DNA of 64,000 nucleotides from NCBI RefSeq assembly GCF_056746865.1, contig NZ_CM163382.1; one strand, 5' to 3'. Shown piece by piece: positions 58,315 to 64,000 of this stretch (position 1 is its first letter; each line of letters starts with the position of its first letter). The notes under the pieces were generated by a model. It saw only the letters and a program-made list of their open reading frames with translations, ran no database searches and was not told where the DNA came from. The position numbers and the translations under genes were made by a program.

Positions 58315-58322
<8 letters not shown>

Positions 58323-60123
58323 TCGCCTTCTCCTTCTTATTGGCTGCTTCCGCCTTATCGGCTGCATCCGCTTCGCCACCGTAAACGCGTTTAGCTGGCG
58401 GCAGCGTAGTAATCTTCACGTCGCTGTACTCCAGGCGAGTTGTGCCATCAGCATCGCGGAAGGCGAGGGTGTGTTTGAGGAAGTTGACGTCGTCACGCTC
58501 GGTGCAACCTTCGTCCAGACGCTGGTGCGCGCCGCGGGACTCTTTACGTGCCATTGCGGAGTGCGCCATACATTCAGCAACGTTCAGACCGTGGCCCAGT
58601 TCAATGGTGTAGAGCAGGTCGGTGTTGAACACGCTGGAGGTGTCGGTGATGCGCACGCGCTTGAAGCGTTCCTGCAGCTCAGCCAGCTTGTCGATGGTTT
58701 TCTGCATCAGTTCCGGCGTACGGTAGATACCGCAACCTTCTTCCATAGCCAGGCCCATTTCGTCGCGGATCTTCGCCCAGTTTTCGCCGCCATCCTGGTT
58801 AACCAGATCTTTCAGACGTTGTTCAACGCCAGCTGCCTGCGCTTCAATTGCCGCTTCGTTGCCATTACCAGCAGTTGCTGCACGCTCTGTCGCTTGCTCA
58901 CCGGCCAGACGACCGAAGACCACCAGTTCCGCCAGGGAGTTGGAGCCCAGACGGTTTGCACCGTGCAGACCAACAGAGGAACATTCACCCACGGCGAACA
59001 GACCTTTAATGCGGGTTTCACAGTTCTGATCGGTTTCGATACCGCCCATGGTGTAGTGTGCGGTCGGACGTACCGGAATCGGTTCTTTAACCGGATCGAC
59101 GCCAACGTACGCTTTCGCCAGTTCGCAGATGAACGGCAGACGTTCATGCAGTTTTTTCTCGCCGAGGTGACGCAGGTCGAGATAAACCACATCGCCACGC
59201 GGCGTGGAGATGGTGTTGCCTTTACGCCATTCGTGCCAGAAGGCCTGAGAAACTTTGTCGCGTGGACCCAGTTCCATATATTTGTTTTTCGGCTCGCCCA
59301 GCGGAGTTTCCGGGCCCATGCCGTAATCTTGCAGATAACGGTAGCCATTTTTGTTGACCAGAATACCGCCTTCACCGCGGCAGCCTTCGGTCATCAGGAT
59401 ACCGGAACCTGGCAGACCGGTTGGGTGATACTGAACGAATTCCATGTCACGCAGCGGAACGCCGTGGCTTAGCGCCATACCCATACCGTCACCGGTAACG
59501 ATGCCGCCGTTGGTGTTGTAACGATAAACGCGACCCGCACCGCCGGTAGCCATAACGACCGCGTTAGCACGGATCTGCACCAGCGTGCCTTCCATCATGT
59601 TCATTGCTACCAGGCCGCGAACATGACCATCATCAACCAGAATATCCAGCACGAAATGTTCGTCAAAACGCTGGATCTGCGGGAATTGCAGAGAGGTCTG
59701 GAACAGCGTGTGTAGCATATGGAAGCCGGTCTTATCGGCGGCGAACCAGGTACGCTCGATTTTCATGCCGCCGAAGCGACGTACGTTGACGCTACCATCC
59801 GGGCGACGGCTCCATGGGCATCCCCACAGTTCCAGTTGGGTCATTTCGGTTGGGCAGTGGTGGACGAAATAATCCACGACATCCTGCTCACACAACCAGT
59901 CGCCACCCGCTACTGTATCGTGAAAGTGATATTCGAAGCTGTCATGATCCTGCGCGACAGCGGCGGAGCCCCCTTCTGCAGCAACGGTATGGCTACGCAT
60001 CGGGTATACTTTTGAGATTAGTGCGATTTTTGCATTTGGATTTGCCTGCGCGGCAGCAATTGCAGCACGTAATCCCGCGCCACCGGCGCCTACAATGGCA
60101 AGATCGGCTTGAAAGGTTTGCAC
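58315..60123 (-). CDS. frdA: fumarate reductase flavoprotein subunit
   Basis: 602 aa, [52 protein letters not shown]... Confidence 0.97.
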
Positions 60124-60447
60124 GACATTCCTCCAGATTGTTTTTATCCCACAGCCCCGTACTTCAGGGTAAGTGCCTGAAAGTTACGGTCTGCGAACGC
60201 TATTCCACTGCTCCTTTATAGGTACAACAGTATAGTCTGATGGATAAGTCTGAAATTTGACGAGATCGATTTTTTTAGTGCGCAAGAGGGCTAAATTATC
60301 ACTGAAGATGATTAATTTAATTACTAAACCATCAGATCGTGCTTTTTTTAGTCACTGCCCACCCTTGTTTGATTCCTGCGTAAAATTTGTCTCGCCGTCG
60401 CGTTGCGAGTAGACTTCGTGCCCTTGTCAAAAACTGGAGATTTAACT

Positions 60448-61425
60448 ATGAGCGAAACGGCATCCTGGCAGCCGAGCGCATCCATCCCTAACTTATTAAA
60501 ACGCGCGGCGATTATGGCGGAGATCCGTCGTTTCTTTGCCGATCGTGGAGTGCTGGAGGTGGAGACGCCTTGTATGAGCCAGGCGACGGTAACCGATATT
60601 CATTTGGTCCCGTTTGAGACACGTTTCGTTGGCCCCGGGCATTCGCAGGGGATGAATCTCTGGTTAATGACCAGCCCGGAATACCATATGAAACGCCTGC
60701 TGGTTGCTGGTTGTGGGCCGGTATTCCAGCTGTGCCGCAGCTTCCGTAATGAAGAGATGGGGCGTTATCACAACCCTGAGTTCACTATGCTTGAGTGGTA
60801 TCGACCGCACTATGATATGTACCGGTTGATGAACGAGGTGGACGATCTCTTACAACAAGTGCTGGACTGCCCGGCAGCAGAAAGCCTTTCTTATCAACAA
60901 GCTTTCTTGCGTTATCTGGAAATTGACCCGCTCTCTGCCGACAAAACGCAACTGCGGGAAGTGGCAGCGAAACTGGATTTAAGCAACGTTGCTGATACCG
61001 AAGAAGACCGCGACACGTTGCTACAATTGCTGTTTACCTTTGGCGTAGAGCCAAATATTGGCAAAGAAAAACCGACCTTTGTGTACCACTTTCCAGCCAG
61101 CCAGGCATCACTGGCGCAAATCAGTACCGAAGATCATCGGGTCGCTGAACGCTTTGAGGTTTATTATAAAGGTATTGAGCTGGCGAATGGTTTCCATGAA
61201 TTGACGGATGCCCGTGAGCAGCAACAACGTTTTGAACAAGATAACCGTAAGCGCGCGGCGCGCGGTTTGCCGCAGCACCCCATTGACCAGAATCTGATTG
61301 AAGCCTTGAAAGTCGGTATGCCTGACTGTTCCGGCGTGGCATTAGGTGTTGATCGTCTGGTGATGTTGGCGCTGGGCGCGGAGACACTGGCTGAAGTCAT
61401 CGCCTTTAGCGTTGACCGGGCATAA
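60448..61425 (+). CDS. epmA: EF-P lysine-34 lysyltransferase (EpmA/PoxA/YjeA)
   Basis: 325 aa, [41 protein letters not shown]..., a class II aminoacyl-tRNA synthetase paralogue. Confidence 0.95.
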   Translation: MSETASWQPSASIPNLLKRAAIMAEIRRFFADRGVLEVETPCMSQATVTDIHLVPFETRFVGPGHSQGMNLWLMTSPEYHMKRLLVAGCGPVFQLCRSFRNEEMGRYHNPEFTMLEWYRPHYDMYRLMNEVDDLLQQVLDCPAAESLSYQQAFLRYLEIDPLSADKTQLREVAAKLDLSNVADTEEDRDTLLQLLFTFGVEPNIGKEKPTFVYHFPASQASLAQISTEDHRVAERFEVYYKGIELANGFHELTDAREQQQRFEQDNRKRAARGLPQHPIDQNLIEALKVGMPDCSGVALGVDRLVMLALGAETLAEVIAFSVDRA

Positions 61426-61643
61426 TTCTGAAAAATTACTGAATTAACCGCGAAGAATGGCGTGATAAGCGCCATTCTGTAGCATATGTTTTCATTTTTC
61501 CGCTAAAGGCCACAATTTAAGACTGGATATTTGATATCATCCAGGTATCAATTCTGTATTGGTTTTTACGCTGCCCGCTCAATGTTGGGCAGTGCAGTTC
61601 AGTGGGCGCGTTTTATACACGCGCTGAAATGAAGGATGGTTTC

Positions 61644-63146
61644 ATGCCTCACACGATAAAAAAGATGAGTCTGATAGGACTCATATTGATGATCTTTACT
61701 TCCGTATTTGGATTTGCCAATAGCCCATCGGCTTATTACTTAATGGGTTATAGTGCGATTCCCTTTTATATATTTTCTGCATTGTTATTCTTTATTCCAT
61801 TCGCCTTAATGATGGCTGAAATGGGAGCTGCTTATCGCAAAGAAGAAGGCGGTATCTATTCCTGGATGAATAATAGTGTCGGACCACGTTTTGCCTTCAT
61901 TGGTACGTTTATGTGGTTTTCCTCTTATATCATCTGGATGGTGAGTACCTCCGCGAAAGTTTGGGTACCGTTCTCAACATTCCTCTATGGTAGCGACATG
62001 ACCCAGCACTGGCATATTGCCGGACTGGAGCCTACGCAGGTGGTTGGTCTGCTGGCAGTGGCATGGATGATTCTGGTCACCGTCGTTGCTTCAAAGGGGA
62101 TTAATAAAATTGCCCGCATTACTGCGGTGGGCGGTATTGCAGTAATGTGTCTGAATTTAGTATTGCTGTTAGTAAGCATTACTATTTTGTTATTAAATGG
62201 TGGGCATTTCGCGCAGGATATTAATTTCCTTGCATCACCGAACCCAGGTTATCAGTCCGGTCTGGCAATGCTATCGTTTGTGGTATTTGCTATTTTTGCC
62301 TATGGCGGAATTGAAGCGGTTGGTGGTCTGGTCGATAAAACGGAAAATCCAGAAAAGAACTTTGCCAAAGGTATTGTTTTTGCCGCTATTGTTATTTCAA
62401 TCGGTTATTCGCTGGCAATATTTTTATGGGGCGTCAGCACAAACTGGCAGCAGGTATTAAGTAATGGTTCCGTTAACCTCGGCAATATTACCTATGTGCT
62501 GATGAAGAGCCTCGGGGTGACGCTGGGTAACGCACTGCATTTGTCACCAGAAGCGTCATTGTCGCTGGGCGTATGGTTTGCGCGTATTACCGGACTTTCG
62601 ATGTTCCTCGCTTATACCGGTGCGTTCTTTACGCTTTGCTATTCACCGCTGAAAGCCATCATCCAGGGAACGCCGAAAGCATTGTGGCCGGAACCGATGA
62701 CGCGCCTGAATGCGATGGGGATGCCGTCTATCGCCATGTGGATGCAGTGCGGGTTGGTTACTGTCTTCATCCTGCTGGTTTCGTTTGGTGGCGGTACCGC
62801 ATCGGCGTTCTTTAACAAGCTGACGCTGATGGCGAACGTGTCTATGACGCTTCCTTACTTGTTCCTCGCGCTGGCTTTCCCATTCTTTAAAGCACGTCAG
62901 GATCTCGACAGACCGTTTGTGATTTTCAAAACGCGTATGTCGGCAATGATTGCGACGGTGGTTGTCGTTCTGGTGGTGACATTTGCGAACGTCTTCACCA
63001 TTATTCAGCCTGTGGTTGAAGCCGGAGACTGGGACAGCACATTGTGGATGATTGGCGGCCCTGTCTTCTTCTCGCTGTTAGCGATGGCGATTTACCAGAA
63101 CTATTGCAGTCGCATGGCGAATAAACCTGAGTTAGCTCTCGACTGA
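61644..63146 (+). CDS. yjeM: APC-family transporter YjeM
   Basis: 500-aa polytopic membrane protein starting MPHTIKKMSLIGLILMIFTSVFG...; the track ORF extends 14 codons upstream. Confidence 0.85.
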   Translation: MPHTIKKMSLIGLILMIFTSVFGFANSPSAYYLMGYSAIPFYIFSALLFFIPFALMMAEMGAAYRKEEGGIYSWMNNSVGPRFAFIGTFMWFSSYIIWMVSTSAKVWVPFSTFLYGSDMTQHWHIAGLEPTQVVGLLAVAWMILVTVVASKGINKIARITAVGGIAVMCLNLVLLLVSITILLLNGGHFAQDINFLASPNPGYQSGLAMLSFVVFAIFAYGGIEAVGGLVDKTENPEKNFAKGIVFAAIVISIGYSLAIFLWGVSTNWQQVLSNGSVNLGNITYVLMKSLGVTLGNALHLSPEASLSLGVWFARITGLSMFLAYTGAFFTLCYSPLKAIIQGTPKALWPEPMTRLNAMGMPSIAMWMQCGLVTVFILLVSFGGGTASAFFNKLTLMANVSMTLPYLFLALAFPFFKARQDLDRPFVIFKTRMSAMIATVVVVLVVTFANVFTIIQPVVEAGDWDSTLWMIGGPVFFSLLAMAIYQNYCSRMANKPELALD

Positions 63147-63296
63147 TCCTATGAAATCCTGCAACTCATCGTCTCTCCGACGATGAGTTGTCAGGAAGTA
63201 ATGCGTATGGATGATACTCTCCAGGGCCGGTGATAACTGAAGATGATGTTAAGCTGCTAAATGAGCCACGTTGACATCATTTGGCAGCTTCATGCA

Positions 63297-64000
63297 TTAC
63301 AAACTTCCCGCCTGACGACCTTTGCCCGCAGACGTCAGCGTTCTCCCCGTTTGTTTACCGTTGAGGCTTTCCAGACGCATCTGGAAGGGCGGGAATGGCA
63401 TATCGATACCGTGGGCGTGGAAGCCAGCCAGAATCAGCTGGTGGATCTCATGGCGTAGCGGCATACGGTGACCCATCTCAGCGGCGTAAATACGCAGCTC
63501 GAAAATCTGAATCCCCTGTTGCAGATCCACCAGGAAGACTTCCGGTGCCGGGTTGTCGATCACCAGCGAGCAGCGACGCGCTGCGGTGAGCAGGATTTCC
63601 GTCACTTCTTCACTGTTGGCATCGGCAGGGGCCGGAATCGTCAACACCACGCGCGTGACCGAGTCAGAGAGCGACCAGTTGATAAACTGCTCGGTAATAA
63701 ATGCCTTGTTCGGCACGATTATCTCTTTACGGTCCCAGTCGCTGATGGTGGTGGCACGGGTGTTAATTTTCGTCACGCTACCAGTAAGATCGCGGATCGT
63801 TACCGTATCGCCAATGCGAATCGGTTTTTCGAACAGGATGATCAGGCCAGAGATAAAGTTGGCGAAAATTTCCTGCAAACCAAAACCGAGACCAACACCG
63901 AGCGCGGCAACCAGCCACTGCAATTTCGACCACTCAATACCAATCATTGAGAAGCCGACCAGCCCGCCAATCAGCATCAGCAGATATTTGGTGATGGTGG
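63297..64000 (-). CDS. mscM: mechanosensitive channel MscM (YjeP), 3' part only; continues beyond the window end
   Basis: C-terminal MscS-like domain ...GLQEIFANFISGLIILFEKPIRIGDTVTI...; the frame is open to position 64000. Confidence 0.85.
   Translation of the reverse strand, partial: TITKYLLMLIGGLVGFSMIGIEWSKLQWLVAALGVGLGFGLQEIFANFISGLIILFEKPIRIGDTVTIRDLTGSVTKINTRATTISDWDRKEIIVPNKAFITEQFINWSLSDSVTRVVLTIPAPADANSEEVTEILLTAARRCSLVIDNPAPEVFLVDLQQGIQIFELRIYAAEMGHRMPLRHEIHQLILAGFHAHGIDMPFPPFQMRLESLNGKQTGRTLTSAGKGRQAGSL

Noticed and set aside
58471..59472. 333-aa ORF on the plus strand inside frdA
   Set aside because: Antisense shadow ORF of frdA.

Overview
This window is an Escherichia coli-type chromosomal segment spanning the pheU (tRNA-Phe) integration hotspot. 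Positions 1 to about 40600 are a mosaic genomic island; positions about 40750 to 64000 are conserved core genome. The island ends with a P4-type integrase gene abutting the 3' end of tRNA-Phe (40671-40746, minus strand) and continues beyond the window start. The core genes are yjdC, dsbD, cutA, dcuA, aspA, fxsA, yjeH, groES, groEL, yjeI, yjeJ, epmB, efp, ecnA, ecnB, gdx(sugE), blc, ampC, frdDCBA, epmA, yjeM and the 3' part of mscM. The best candidate for an undescribed or poorly described system is a two-gene module at 11568-12964: a four-helix membrane protein and a 280-aa soluble protein, both translationally coupled to the end of a Type I restriction-modification operon (hsdM-hsdS-hsdR). 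Its architecture resembles Kiwa (KwaA/KwaB), but I cannot confirm homology from the sequence alone. The hsdR gene and a neighbouring RhuM-family gene are each split by an identical 1310-bp IS629 copy with a 3-bp target duplication; a third, divergent IS629 lies 4 kb further on. The island also carries a truncated IS2, IS1, an IS1::IS2 chimera, a degenerate IS3-family element, an IS66 transposase remnant, nanXY (yjhBC) with a NanR operator, two paralogous sulfatase-domain genes, a Tia/Hek-family outer-membrane protein gene and a complete raffinose cluster (rafR-rafA-rafB-rafD-rafY). No rRNA genes or CRISPR arrays were found. All family assignments rest on my reading of the translated ORFs and recalled motifs; no database search was run.
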